From Candidatus Dojkabacteria bacterium (GTDB lineage: Bacteria; Patescibacteriota; Dojkabacteria; J137): a DNA stretch of 64,000 nt. The first letter of the stretch is position 1; each line of letters starts with the position of its first letter. Location: assembly GCA_041750555.1 (NCBI GenBank), contig JBGSZB010000029.1, positions 672 through 64,671 on the forward strand, read 5' to 3'. The position numbers were made by a program, and so were the translations under genes. Under the pieces are notes generated by a model, which saw nothing but the letters and a program-made list of their open reading frames with translations, made no database searches and had not been told where the DNA came from. This document shows, piece after piece, positions 47,597-56,705 of the stretch.

Positions 47597-47929
47597 GTGA
47601 CACTGGATCTAAGTAATTCTCGAAACACCTCAGGATTTGACCTCATTGATTGTATGATGAATTCAGGAATACTCACACAAAGAGCGGCAAAAAGAATTCT
47701 AAGGGATACAATTACAGAGGAAATTGAAAAACTTACTACAAGATTAAATGAGGTCGATGAGAAACTTTTAACCTTAAGTGATAATCCTTACGCTCAAGAG
47801 CTTGAACAAGAAAAGCTTAGACTCCACCAATGGATAAGCGATCTAAATATCATGCTAAATTCCCAAAAGCATTCTGGGCTTAAGGTTAAGGTAGCTGATG
47901 TAAAATCCTCAAACGATTTAGAGTCCTAA
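47597..47929 (+). CDS. Hypothetical small coiled-coil protein
   Basis: 110-aa ORF with no motif recognised. Confidence 0.3.
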   Translation: MTLDLSNSRNTSGFDLIDCMMNSGILTQRAAKRILRDTITEEIEKLTTRLNEVDEKLLTLSDNPYAQELEQEKLRLHQWISDLNIMLNSQKHSGLKVKVADVKSSNDLES

Positions 47930-48654
47930 CCCTTAACCTCTCTAACTACTAACATAGGTGTAATAGCACCATCATCTTCTTGACCTTGAGGATTACCTTT
48001 AACAATAGACATAAATTCATCTTTTTTAAACTTTTCTTTAACACTCTGACTCATACCTAAAACATTGTTATCAATATTGTTTCCATCAAGAATAACAGTT
48101 GGATATTGAAACTTAGACTCTAATTCATTACATATCTCATCACCATTTTTTGGTGGAAGTACAGCATACTCATTCATAGGTGGTTTAGAAACTGGATTAA
48201 AACCATCAATAGCATTAATATTGTTACCTGCAATAATATAAAAATAGCCAGGTTTTTTAAAAAGCTTCATAACAACACCTCCAACTAATGCAACAATAGT
48301 TCTTGGATATCCTATTTGATTAATAGCAGCTTGCATTTTTCTAGGATGAGAATAACCAATATCTCCTGGCCACTTTTTAACAAACTTAACAATGAGTCTT
48401 GCTAAAAGTGATATCTTAACTTCAGACTCATGTAAAACAAGAGCTTTTGCAATACTCACAACTTTTGCTGAAATACATAAGATATCTCCTTTTTTTAAAT
48501 AAGGGATAGCGTAAGTTTTAACAAACTCATCTAAACTATCTCCAATCTTTAATGTAGTTGTTTGGAGTGGATATCTTGCATACTTAACACCATTAAGCTC
48601 AGAGAATAGATCTCTACCTTTATTAGGAGACATTTTTAAACCGTAATTAGCCAT
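47926..48654 (-). CDS. CofE-like (F420-0:gamma-glutamyl ligase family) protein
   Basis: GDILCISAKVVSIAKA (compare CofE GDvlvvssKivSKaEG), a Gly-rich IVALVGGVV, and the C-terminal DDGAITPMLVVREV (compare GGDGIPAVVVRG). Confidence 0.55.
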   Translation of the reverse strand: MANYGLKMSPNKGRDLFSELNGVKYARYPLQTTTLKIGDSLDEFVKTYAIPYLKKGDILCISAKVVSIAKALVLHESEVKISLLARLIVKFVKKWPGDIGYSHPRKMQAAINQIGYPRTIVALVGGVVMKLFKKPGYFYIIAGNNINAIDGFNPVSKPPMNEYAVLPPKNGDEICNELESKFQYPTVILDGNNIDNNVLGMSQSVKEKFKKDEFMSIVKGNPQGQEDDGAITPMLVVREVKG

Positions 48655-48751
48655 AAAAAAATATTAATTATTTAAAATGATTATATTCCCGATATTATCT
48701 CTTTACAATAATCAATTATGTAATTAGTATGTAAGAAGTATATTTAAATTT

Positions 48752-49276
48752 ATGGATAAATTTTTAGAATTCTCAAAATCACTTTTAACAATAGTTGCTA
48801 TAGTTTCACTAGTAGGGCTTTCAACACTAACAGTTGGTGCTTTAAACCCAAAAAGTGACTCACCTACAAATTTAGAAGATAAACAAATTGCAGGAGTAGT
48901 AGATTATGATAATTTACTTCCAATTGAATTTGAAGAGGTAGGTGGATTACAAAAGATTGGGAGAGATACACTTGGAATAACAATAGAACAAGGTATAACT
49001 GAAAGAGAAGCTGGATATATAACCCTTTATAATCCTGATTTAAACCCACAAAGTGTATTTGTAAAAGCACTTATTCCAACAACATTAAAGGGCAATCTTA
49101 GGCTTGAATTATCAGATAAATTTGATACTTTAGTTCTTAAAGATTTTGATAAAGAGTTTGATGGACAATATATAACTTTAAATAAACTTGAGAGAAGAAC
49201 CTTTAAAGTAAACTACATTCTTAAAACACCTCTAAATTTCAATACCGTATTTAATATAGAAAAAAATAATTTGTAA
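48752..49276 (+). CDS. Hypothetical secreted/anchored protein
   Basis: N-terminal hydrophobic segment LLTIVAIVSLVGLSTLTVGAL. No motif recognised. Confidence 0.4.
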   Translation: MDKFLEFSKSLLTIVAIVSLVGLSTLTVGALNPKSDSPTNLEDKQIAGVVDYDNLLPIEFEEVGGLQKIGRDTLGITIEQGITEREAGYITLYNPDLNPQSVFVKALIPTTLKGNLRLELSDKFDTLVLKDFDKEFDGQYITLNKLERRTFKVNYILKTPLNFNTVFNIEKNNL

Positions 49277-49347
49277 GCCTCTTGTAAGAACTAGGAGTTA
49301 GTATGATATTATCAAATTAAAGAGGTAATATTTATTATTTAAATTTC

Positions 49348-50355
49348 ATGGCTAAAGAAGAAGTCAAAACAAATAACACTAAGGAGGAAGCTATTAAGAT
49401 GGCTTTACAGCAAATCACTAAACAGTTTGGAGAAGGTTCAATTATGACCCTTTCAGGAGATAAAGTTAAAAAAATGGATGTAATTTCAACAGGAGCAATT
49501 GGATTAGATATAGCTCTAGGAGTTGGAGGTGTTCCAAGAGGAAGGATTATTGAGATATATGGTCCAGAGTCTTCAGGAAAAACTACTTTAGCTATGCATA
49601 TAATTGCAGAAGCACAAAAAGCAGGAGGAACTGCAGCGCTAATTGATGCTGAACATGCATTTGATGCTGAATACGGTAAAAAATTAGGAATTCAAACAGA
49701 GAGTCTTTTAATTTCTCAACCAGATTATGGAGAACAAGCCTTAGAAATCTTAGAAACACTTTTAAGAAGTGGAGCGGTTGATGTTGTGGTTATTGACTCA
49801 GTAGCAGCATTAACTCCAAAAGCTGAAATTGATGGGGAGATGGGAGACTCACATATGGGATTACAAGCTAGACTTATGAGCCAAGCATTAAGAAAAATAA
49901 CTAGTATCGCTGCAAAAACAAACACCATAGTTGTGTTTATTAATCAAATAAGGTTAAAAATTGGGGTAATGTTTGGAAATCCAGAAACTACAACAGGAGG
50001 TAATGCCCTAAAGTTTTACTCAAGTGTAAGAATGGATATAAGAACTAGAGAAAAGATTGTTAAAGGTGAAGAAACAGTTGGAAATCTTGTAAGAGTTAAA
50101 ATAGTTAAAAACAAAGTAGCTCCTCCATTTAGAGAAGCAGAATTTGAAATTAGATATGGAGAAGGAATAGATAAAATATCAAGTCTTATCGATGCCGCAT
50201 TAAAATACAACATTATCGAAAAGAGTGGAGCATGGTTTAAAAGAAACGGAGAAAACTTGGGACAAGGTAAAGAATCTGTTAAAGAGTTAATGAAGAACGA
50301 TAAAAAATTACTCCAAGATGTTTGGAATGAAGTTAAGAAAGCTGCAGGGTTGTAA
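49348..50355 (+). CDS. recA: Recombinase RecA
   Basis: Walker [12 protein letters not shown], with [13 protein letters not shown] and other canonical RecA blocks. Confidence 0.97.
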   Translation: MAKEEVKTNNTKEEAIKMALQQITKQFGEGSIMTLSGDKVKKMDVISTGAIGLDIALGVGGVPRGRIIEIYGPESSGKTTLAMHIIAEAQKAGGTAALIDAEHAFDAEYGKKLGIQTESLLISQPDYGEQALEILETLLRSGAVDVVVIDSVAALTPKAEIDGEMGDSHMGLQARLMSQALRKITSIAAKTNTIVVFINQIRLKIGVMFGNPETTTGGNALKFYSSVRMDIRTREKIVKGEETVGNLVRVKIVKNKVAPPFREAEFEIRYGEGIDKISSLIDAALKYNIIEKSGAWFKRNGENLGQGKESVKELMKNDKKLLQDVWNEVKKAAGL

Positions 50356-50964
50356 TTAACCCTCAGCCAGAATTAATTTATTTAACTCATCTATAACAAC
50401 AGGATAGATTTGAGATAATATACCTATATCTTTTTTTACTCTTTGCATTGTAGTATCCTTTTCTTCTGCTGTAGATAAGGGATACCCATTTATATCTAAA
50501 CTTATTCCCTCATCACCAAAGGTTTCAATTCCTGTCCACAATGCAATTCTGGTACCATCAATTTCGATAGCAATATATCTTGATTGGGGAGTGCCACTCA
50601 CTAAAGTAACAGAGCAATCAGACAGCTCACTTAAACTTGTGGTCAAAGCTTCTACTAGCTTTTTAAGTAGTCTATTTTTAACTCTTATATTACCCCTAAC
50701 TTGGTCAAAAGTCTTCCAAGATAAATTAAGCTTTGGTCCATCACCTCCATCATAGTATCCATCAAAAGTTATCTCCCCGCTATTTAATTCAATTGTAAAA
50801 TTATCCGTAAAAACAGTAGACTCAATTGACGGAACACGATCCCCTTCTGACTCGGCTACATTAATTGCTAAGCTTATCGCCGATTCTATTTCACTCTGTT
50901 GTGAACTAATGTCAAAAGATGCCATGATAAAAATTTTAACTGCAAATTTATAACACAAACACAA
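50356..50964 (-). CDS. Hypothetical protein (the true start is probably the internal Met at about 50922)
   Basis: About 190 aa and acidic. No motif recognised. It is convergent with recA with no spacer. Confidence 0.4.
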   Translation of the reverse strand: MCLCYKFAVKIFIMASFDISSQQSEIESAISLAINVAESEGDRVPSIESTVFTDNFTIELNSGEITFDGYYDGGDGPKLNLSWKTFDQVRGNIRVKNRLLKKLVEALTTSLSELSDCSVTLVSGTPQSRYIAIEIDGTRIALWTGIETFGDEGISLDINGYPLSTAEEKDTTMQRVKKDIGILSQIYPVVIDELNKLILAEG

Positions 50965-51042
50965 GCATTCTTAAATATTTGCAAATTTAAGAAAAATAAA
51001 TTAATCTTAGATAACTCACATTTAGTTTTAAAAAATTGTTCA

Positions 51043-51639
51043 ATGTCAAATTTATCAGTAGTCCTAGATCATTTATTTATTTCAAAAGTTAGAATTAAAA
51101 TCCTTAAATATTTTATCTTCAATATGGAAGATGAGATTCATTTAAGAGGAATAGTTCGAGAGGTTGATGAAGAGATAAATGCTGTAAGACGGGAACTAAA
51201 TAGGTTAGAAGAATTAGGTATATTTATTACAAAAGAAAAAGGTAATAGAAAGTACTTTAAATTTATACAAACACATCCCTTAGCTAAAGAGATAGCTAGT
51301 TTAATAATTAAATGCTATGGATTAGGTGATGAAATTATTAGAAAAGAAGCAAGACTTGGAGATATTAAGTTTGCATTCTTTACTCCATCTTTCATATTTA
51401 AATCAATGTACGCATCTAACTCTATAGATTTAGTAATAATCGGGAAAGTAGATATGATAGAACTAGAGGAGTTGGTTCAAAAAACACAAAAAACTTTAAA
51501 AAGAGAGATCCACTATACAGTTTTAACATTTAATGAGTTTGAAACAAGAAAGAAGAGAGGAGAGCAATTTGTAACAAATATATTAATTCAAGATAGAGTA
51601 ATGCTAATAGGCAGAGAAGACGAATTAATAAGGATTTGA
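51043..51639 (+). CDS. Hypothetical protein with an N-terminal winged-helix-like segment, possibly a minimal nucleotidyltransferase-like C-terminus
   Basis: LRGIVREVDEEINAVRRELNRLEELGIF is wHTH-like. NSIDLVIIGKVD resembles the (S/D)xD motif of MNT/pol-beta nucleotidyltransferases. The call is weak. Confidence 0.35.
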   Translation: MSNLSVVLDHLFISKVRIKILKYFIFNMEDEIHLRGIVREVDEEINAVRRELNRLEELGIFITKEKGNRKYFKFIQTHPLAKEIASLIIKCYGLGDEIIRKEARLGDIKFAFFTPSFIFKSMYASNSIDLVIIGKVDMIELEELVQKTQKTLKREIHYTVLTFNEFETRKKRGEQFVTNILIQDRVMLIGREDELIRI

Positions 51640-51675
51640 TTTAGCAGAAAAGTTAGATAAGTGATAAAATAAAGT

Positions 51676-52068
51676 ATGTTAAAAAACTTTTCTATACAAA
51701 ATTTACTACAACAAATGCAGAATGTAATACCAAATTACTGCGATAAATGTGGTCATAAACACGATAAAGCTGATTTAGAACTAATTTCACAAGAGGGAAC
51801 AAAAGCTAACTTTAGATTATCTTGTTCAAACTGTGGTAACTCATACATGGTAATGGTACAAAGTCCTATGGATGGAGTATTTACAGCAAGAAAATACAAT
51901 GCAAGAAAAGATCTAACAGCTAGCGAAATTTCTAAGTTTTCTAGATTAGAATCAATTAACAAAGAAGAAATCCTTGATGCATTTATTGCAATTAAAGATG
52001 TAAACACATTAGAAGAGCTAGAGTCTTTATTTAACTCAGATATTGATAGCAGTACTAATAGTAAATAA
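51676..52068 (+). CDS. Hypothetical Cys4 zinc-ribbon protein
   Basis: CDKCGHKH...CSNCGNSY. Confidence 0.4.
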   Translation: MLKNFSIQNLLQQMQNVIPNYCDKCGHKHDKADLELISQEGTKANFRLSCSNCGNSYMVMVQSPMDGVFTARKYNARKDLTASEISKFSRLESINKEEILDAFIAIKDVNTLEELESLFNSDIDSSTNSK

Positions 52069-53115
52069 AGATTTAGGTATCTCAAATTCCTCTGCAGTAG
52101 TTAGAATAAATTGAATATCATTATCTAATAGATAATTAGATATATACTCTCTATTAGTATTATCAAGTTCCGACATTAAATCATCAATTAAAAACAATGA
52201 CGACCTATCAAGTGTAGATTTAAAAAACCTTAGCTGTGCAAATTTAAGTAACAATACAGCTATTCTTTGTTGTCCACGAGAACCAAAAAACCTCATTGAT
52301 TTATTTTCTAATTCAATTGTGTAATCATCCTTTTGAATTCCATATAAGGTTTTACCAACAATAATTTCCTTTTCAATATTTTCTCTAAATTTATTTAATA
52401 ACTTAACTTTATACTCTTCTAAACTATTACACGTATTTGGCAAATATTTTAATTCCCAGCTACTTCCATTACTTAAAAATGATTTTAAGTCTTTAGAGAC
52501 CTCTTTAAACTCAATATTTAAGCTATTAAACACCTCATATCTTCTTTTAAAAATATCAAAACCTAAATCAACTAAGTTATTAGTCCAGTAATCTAAATCT
52601 GATTTATTAGCTTTTCCATCTCTAATCATTTTTAAAAATGAATTCCTATTTTTTAAAAATTTGTTATAGCTACTTAATGTTTTATAGTAGTCAGGATAAA
52701 TTGAAGAGATATAGTTATTAATATCTTTTCTTCTAATATCTGGTTCTCCTGAAACAATATTTACAGAGTTAGGAGCGAAAACTATACATGATAATTTCTC
52801 TAATACCTTTCTTTTAATAGTACTTTTATCATTAAATTTAATTAATACTTTAGTATCTAACTTAAAACTACTCTCTAAAATACCTTCATCCCAAATAGTT
52901 TTAACATACATGACTTCACTTCCATCTCCTACTAATTCATTCATTGACATACTTTCTCTAAGAGAATCTGAATAAATTGAAAAATATATTGATTCTAAGA
53001 AGTTAGTTTTACCACTAGAGTTAGAAGCTATAACGATGTTACCCCTCTTGTTTATATCTAGAGATAGCAATTTAAGATTCCTAAAATTTTTAATTGTGAT
53101 ATGCTTTAACATCAA
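52036..53115 (-). CDS. recF: DNA replication and repair protein RecF
   Basis: MMLKHITIKNFRNLKLLSLDINKRGNIVIASNSSGKTNFLESIYF is the RecF N-terminal Walker A. The C-terminus has SRGQQRIAVLLLKFAQ (the ABC-like signature) and LFLIDDLMSELD (Walker B/D-loop). Confidence 0.9.
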   Translation of the reverse strand: MMLKHITIKNFRNLKLLSLDINKRGNIVIASNSSGKTNFLESIYFSIYSDSLRESMSMNELVGDGSEVMYVKTIWDEGILESSFKLDTKVLIKFNDKSTIKRKVLEKLSCIVFAPNSVNIVSGEPDIRRKDINNYISSIYPDYYKTLSSYNKFLKNRNSFLKMIRDGKANKSDLDYWTNNLVDLGFDIFKRRYEVFNSLNIEFKEVSKDLKSFLSNGSSWELKYLPNTCNSLEEYKVKLLNKFRENIEKEIIVGKTLYGIQKDDYTIELENKSMRFFGSRGQQRIAVLLLKFAQLRFFKSTLDRSSLFLIDDLMSELDNTNREYISNYLLDNDIQFILTTAEEFEIPKSLFTISTAINI

Positions 53116-53174
53116 AGTATTTTAACTTAAAGCTTTAATAGCTTAAAATATATTATTCAAAAAGATAAATACAA

Positions 53175-54296
53175 ATGAAAAGAAAACTTAAAATTGCAAT
53201 AGATTTATCTATGGTAGACAACAGATCTGCAGGTATTGGGCAATATGCATCAAGTATTACAGAATCGCTTTTAAGAAATGATAAAAAGAATACTTTTACA
53301 ATATTTACAAATAATATTGATAATTTAAAAACATTTAAAGAGTTTGTGGGCGAATCTAAAAACTTTGAGATAAGAGAAATTAAGGGTAGAGGGGTTTTAT
53401 GGATATTAAAAGTTAGTAAATTACTTAAGAGTGAAAATTATGACTTCTTACTATCTCCCTCCAACTTTCTATTTGGAATACTTTTCCCAAATACACTACA
53501 GTGGGTACATGATTTAGCTCCAGTAAAGTATCCAAAGTTTTTTAAAAAATCATCATCACTAATGTATAAACTATTGCTTGACCTACTTTTACTTAAGGGT
53601 AAATATATAGCAACTATTTCAGAAACCATTAAAGAGGAGTTAATTAAATATAGACCATCAAGTAGGAGTAAATTAATTAATATTGGGATTGGTATTCATA
53701 CTTGGATATTAAAAGACTCTACCAGTAAAGAAAAGGAAAAAGTAATTAATAAGTTTAATTTACCTAAAAACTTTTTTCTTATTGTTTCAACACTTGAACC
53801 TAGAAAAAACCATATAAACACTATTAAAGGATTTAGAGCATATTTGGATACATTTGAAAATAAAGGGGAATACAAGTTAGTAATTACCGGTAAAAGAGGT
53901 TGGTTTTACAATGAGATATTTGAAACTGTAAAAGAATTAAAATTAGAGAACGATATTATTTTTACAGACTACGTTGAAAACCTTGAAATAAATGCACTAT
54001 ATGAACTATGTAGTGGAGTAGTGCTGTTAAGTCTTTATGAAGGGTTTGGATTATCTCTTATTGAGGGATTAATAAAAAATAAAAACTTACTTGTTTCAGA
54101 TATTCCTATCTTTAGAGAAGTATTAACACTTCAGAAAAAAGGTGTTGTATTTGTAAATGAAAATGATAGAGTTGAAATATCAAATGGATTTAATAAACTA
54201 ACAACAATGGGTGATTTGTCAGTTTCTTATGACTACTCTCCATACAGCTGGGACGCTACCTACACTAGAATATCATCTATTCTAAATAGTCTTTAA
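53175..54296 (+). CDS. Glycosyltransferase family 4 (GT-B)
   Basis: LSLYEGFGLSLIEGL is the EX7E motif. It has the GT-B two-Rossmann layout. Confidence 0.85.
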   Translation: MKRKLKIAIDLSMVDNRSAGIGQYASSITESLLRNDKKNTFTIFTNNIDNLKTFKEFVGESKNFEIREIKGRGVLWILKVSKLLKSENYDFLLSPSNFLFGILFPNTLQWVHDLAPVKYPKFFKKSSSLMYKLLLDLLLLKGKYIATISETIKEELIKYRPSSRSKLINIGIGIHTWILKDSTSKEKEKVINKFNLPKNFFLIVSTLEPRKNHINTIKGFRAYLDTFENKGEYKLVITGKRGWFYNEIFETVKELKLENDIIFTDYVENLEINALYELCSGVVLLSLYEGFGLSLIEGLIKNKNLLVSDIPIFREVLTLQKKGVVFVNENDRVEISNGFNKLTTMGDLSVSYDYSPYSWDATYTRISSILNSL

Positions 54297-54377
54297 GATT
54301 GAAAGTCTAAATTTTCTTGACAAATGCAGTCAAATAGTGTATTTTAAGGGATTTGTAAAAAGGCAGTTAAAAATTTA

Positions 54378-54386
54378 TGGTATACT
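54378..54386 (+). promoter_or_regulatory. Putative extended -10 promoter element (TGgTATACT)
   Basis: tggtatact lies 33 nt upstream of the ATG at 54420. A TTGACA hexamer also lies at 54317-54322, and the weak -10 tatttt 17 nt downstream of it could form a second promoter. Confidence 0.3.
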
Positions 54387-54419
54387 GCAACTTTAAGAAT
54401 TTAAATATTAACTAAAATT

Positions 54420-54722
54420 ATGGCACCTAAAAGAAGAACTAAAAAAAACAATGGCTCTGATGAGAGCTTAGTAGATCCAGGTGTTACCCCAGCAGAAGAG
54501 AATTTAGCCGTAGATGGTGGCTATCAAATGGGAATAGTTGAAACAGATGAAGATGAAGAAACCCGCGACGAAGAAAAATTTAAAAGAGCAGCTCTAGAAC
54601 TAGTATCCCCTGAAGATGAAGAGATGGAATTAACAGATTCATTAGATATTGGAGAATACAAGGATGACTTTTTAGAGCTTGAGGGTTGGGATCCAAACGA
54701 AGCTTATTCTGAAGAAGATTAA
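54420..54722 (+). CDS. Hypothetical highly acidic small protein with a basic N-terminus and an Asp/Glu-rich body
   Basis: 100 aa. The N-terminus is MAPKRRTKKNNG, followed by about 35 percent D+E. Confidence 0.45.
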   Translation: MAPKRRTKKNNGSDESLVDPGVTPAEENLAVDGGYQMGIVETDEDEETRDEEKFKRAALELVSPEDEEMELTDSLDIGEYKDDFLELEGWDPNEAYSEED

Positions 54723-54774
54723 ATTACAAAGGTTAACATATATAGTATAATCACCTCTTAGTTATATTAAATTA

Positions 54775-55821
54775 ATGGATTTAGAATATAAAAAATTAAC
54801 CCAAGTTAAAAACAGAGTAAAATACCAAGCTTCAATTAAAAAAGAAGAGCTAGATCGTGAGCACAAAGCATTCATTACAAAACTTGGTCGGGATGTTAAA
54901 GTTCCAGGATTTAGACCAGGTAAAGCACCTCAAGCTGAAATTGAGAAGGCTGTGGGATATAACGCATACATCGAAGCAATTAATTCACTACTACCTAAAA
55001 CTGCACTAGAAATTCTTAAAAAAGAGAGTTTAAACCCAATATCATCTCTTGATTACAATTTTGATGATAATAAAGATTCTAAAGATGATAAAACCCTAGT
55101 ATTTACATTTGAATTCTTAACTCAACCTGATATTGATGTATCAAAATTTAAAAAAATTAAAGTTAAAAAAGAAGAAGTTAAAGTAACTGATAAAGATATT
55201 AATGATACTATTCAATCTTTAATTAAAACCTCATTACCTAGAGAGAAATGGGAGAAACATATTAAAAAAGATTCTAAAGATAGTGAATTAGAAATTACCG
55301 AAGAACTAATTAAAGACGTAGGATTTGAAGATGCTAAATCTTTAAAAGAGTTTCAAGTTAAAGTTAGGGAATCATTAGAAAACGTTAAAAATGAACAAGC
55401 TCAGAATAAATATGTAGCAACAATTGTAGAAGAAGCTCTAAAATTAAGTGACTTTGAAGTACCTCATGAATATGTACATAGAGAGATGGAACATAGAGAA
55501 GGTGAATTTAAAAAGCGAATAGACGAATTGAAATTAAACATGGAGGTATATTTAAGAAGTCAGAATAAAACTATTGAAAGCTTAAGAGAGGAGTGGCATA
55601 AACAAAGTGAATTAGATTTATCTACTGATTTATTATTAATTAATATCTCTGTTAAAGAAAAATTGATTCCAACTGATAAGGAAGCAGATGAAGAGATTAG
55701 CAAACTAGATAAAGAATCTCAAGAATACTATAAAGTTGAAGCTAATAGAGATTATTTAAAAACTGCATTATCTAGAAATAAAGGGTTACTTAGATTAGTT
55801 GATATTGTAGAGGGTAAATAA
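54775..55821 (+). CDS. tig: Trigger factor-like chaperone, lacking a recognisable PPIase domain
   Basis: The N-terminal ribosome-binding signature VKVPGFRPGKAPQAEIEK (compare GFRxGKxP) is present. At 348 aa it is short of the roughly 430 aa of a canonical trigger factor, and there is no FKBP-type block. Confidence 0.75.
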   Translation: MDLEYKKLTQVKNRVKYQASIKKEELDREHKAFITKLGRDVKVPGFRPGKAPQAEIEKAVGYNAYIEAINSLLPKTALEILKKESLNPISSLDYNFDDNKDSKDDKTLVFTFEFLTQPDIDVSKFKKIKVKKEEVKVTDKDINDTIQSLIKTSLPREKWEKHIKKDSKDSELEITEELIKDVGFEDAKSLKEFQVKVRESLENVKNEQAQNKYVATIVEEALKLSDFEVPHEYVHREMEHREGEFKKRIDELKLNMEVYLRSQNKTIESLREEWHKQSELDLSTDLLLINISVKEKLIPTDKEADEEISKLDKESQEYYKVEANRDYLKTALSRNKGLLRLVDIVEGK

Positions 55822-56235
55822 TTAAGCTTCGGGAGATAGATCTGCACACAATTCACTAGAAGCATTAAATCTTCTTTTCAATACTATATGTCTAATACCA
55901 GAAAGACTATCTCCATTACTATTGAATTTCGCCTTTATCGATTTTATAAAATCAGCATAGGAATTAAACCCAAGTTTACAAAGATTACTCTCGTTTACTA
56001 CAACCTTCCAGCCATGGTAATACAGCGTATCAACAAATAAAATATCAGTTTCAAGAGTTATTCTGAAAGTTAAAATCTCACCATTTAATACAAGAGTAAG
56101 AAAAGTTTTACCTTTGTAGCTCCATAACTCATATTCGGGTTTAATCTCCTCTGCAAAGTTAACTTGATGATCGAATATCTCAAGACGTAACTTTGGATTT
56201 TGAAGATCCCAGGTTAATTCTAAAATTTTTTTCAT
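55822..56235 (-). CDS. Hypothetical protein, paralog of the adjacent 56241..56699 ORF
   Basis: Collinear similarity to the neighbour: LRLEIFDHQVNFAEEIKPEYELWSYKGKTFLTLVLNGEILTFRITLET and LGFNSYADFIKSIK. Confidence 0.45.
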   Translation of the reverse strand: MKKILELTWDLQNPKLRLEIFDHQVNFAEEIKPEYELWSYKGKTFLTLVLNGEILTFRITLETDILFVDTLYYHGWKVVVNESNLCKLGFNSYADFIKSIKAKFNSNGDSLSGIRHIVLKRRFNASSELCADLSPEA

Positions 56236-56240
56236 TTTAA

Positions 56241-56699
56241 TTAAGCCTCTGTTTGTATTTCAACCTTTTGTAAAAGATTTGGAGATACAGTATATTCTCC
56301 CCCGTAAGTTTTATACATTCTTAAGTTTCTTATTTTTGTAAAATCTATCTCCCCTTTATTGCCATCAGTCAATATTTTTCTAATGCTTAAAAGAAATTCA
56401 CTCTCCGAACTAAAACCTATTGTCCTCAAACTAACTGAATCAAGGATTGCTTTTTGTGCATCATAATACATTTCACCTACTGAAAAAGTATCTAGGTCAA
56501 CCCCCTTTCTACTGCTTTCTACCCATATTCTTAAAGTAAAAGGCCTACCATTTAGCTTAATACTTAAATATGACTCTCCCCCCCTTTCCCAAAATGAATA
56601 TTCAAGGCTATTGGAATCGAGCGAATTTTCATGATATCCAATCTGTAATCTGAAGTTTGTATCCTGTCTCTCATATGGTTTTTGTATATGTATATCCAT
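56241..56699 (-). CDS. Hypothetical protein, paralog of the adjacent 55822..56235 ORF
   Basis: FRLQIGYHENSLDSNSLEYSFWERGGESYLSIKLNGRPFTLRIWVES and IGFSSESEFLLSIRKIL. Confidence 0.45.
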   Translation of the reverse strand: MDIHIQKPYERQDTNFRLQIGYHENSLDSNSLEYSFWERGGESYLSIKLNGRPFTLRIWVESSRKGVDLDTFSVGEMYYDAQKAILDSVSLRTIGFSSESEFLLSIRKILTDGNKGEIDFTKIRNLRMYKTYGGEYTVSPNLLQKVEIQTEA

Positions 56700-56705
56700 A
56701 TTATT

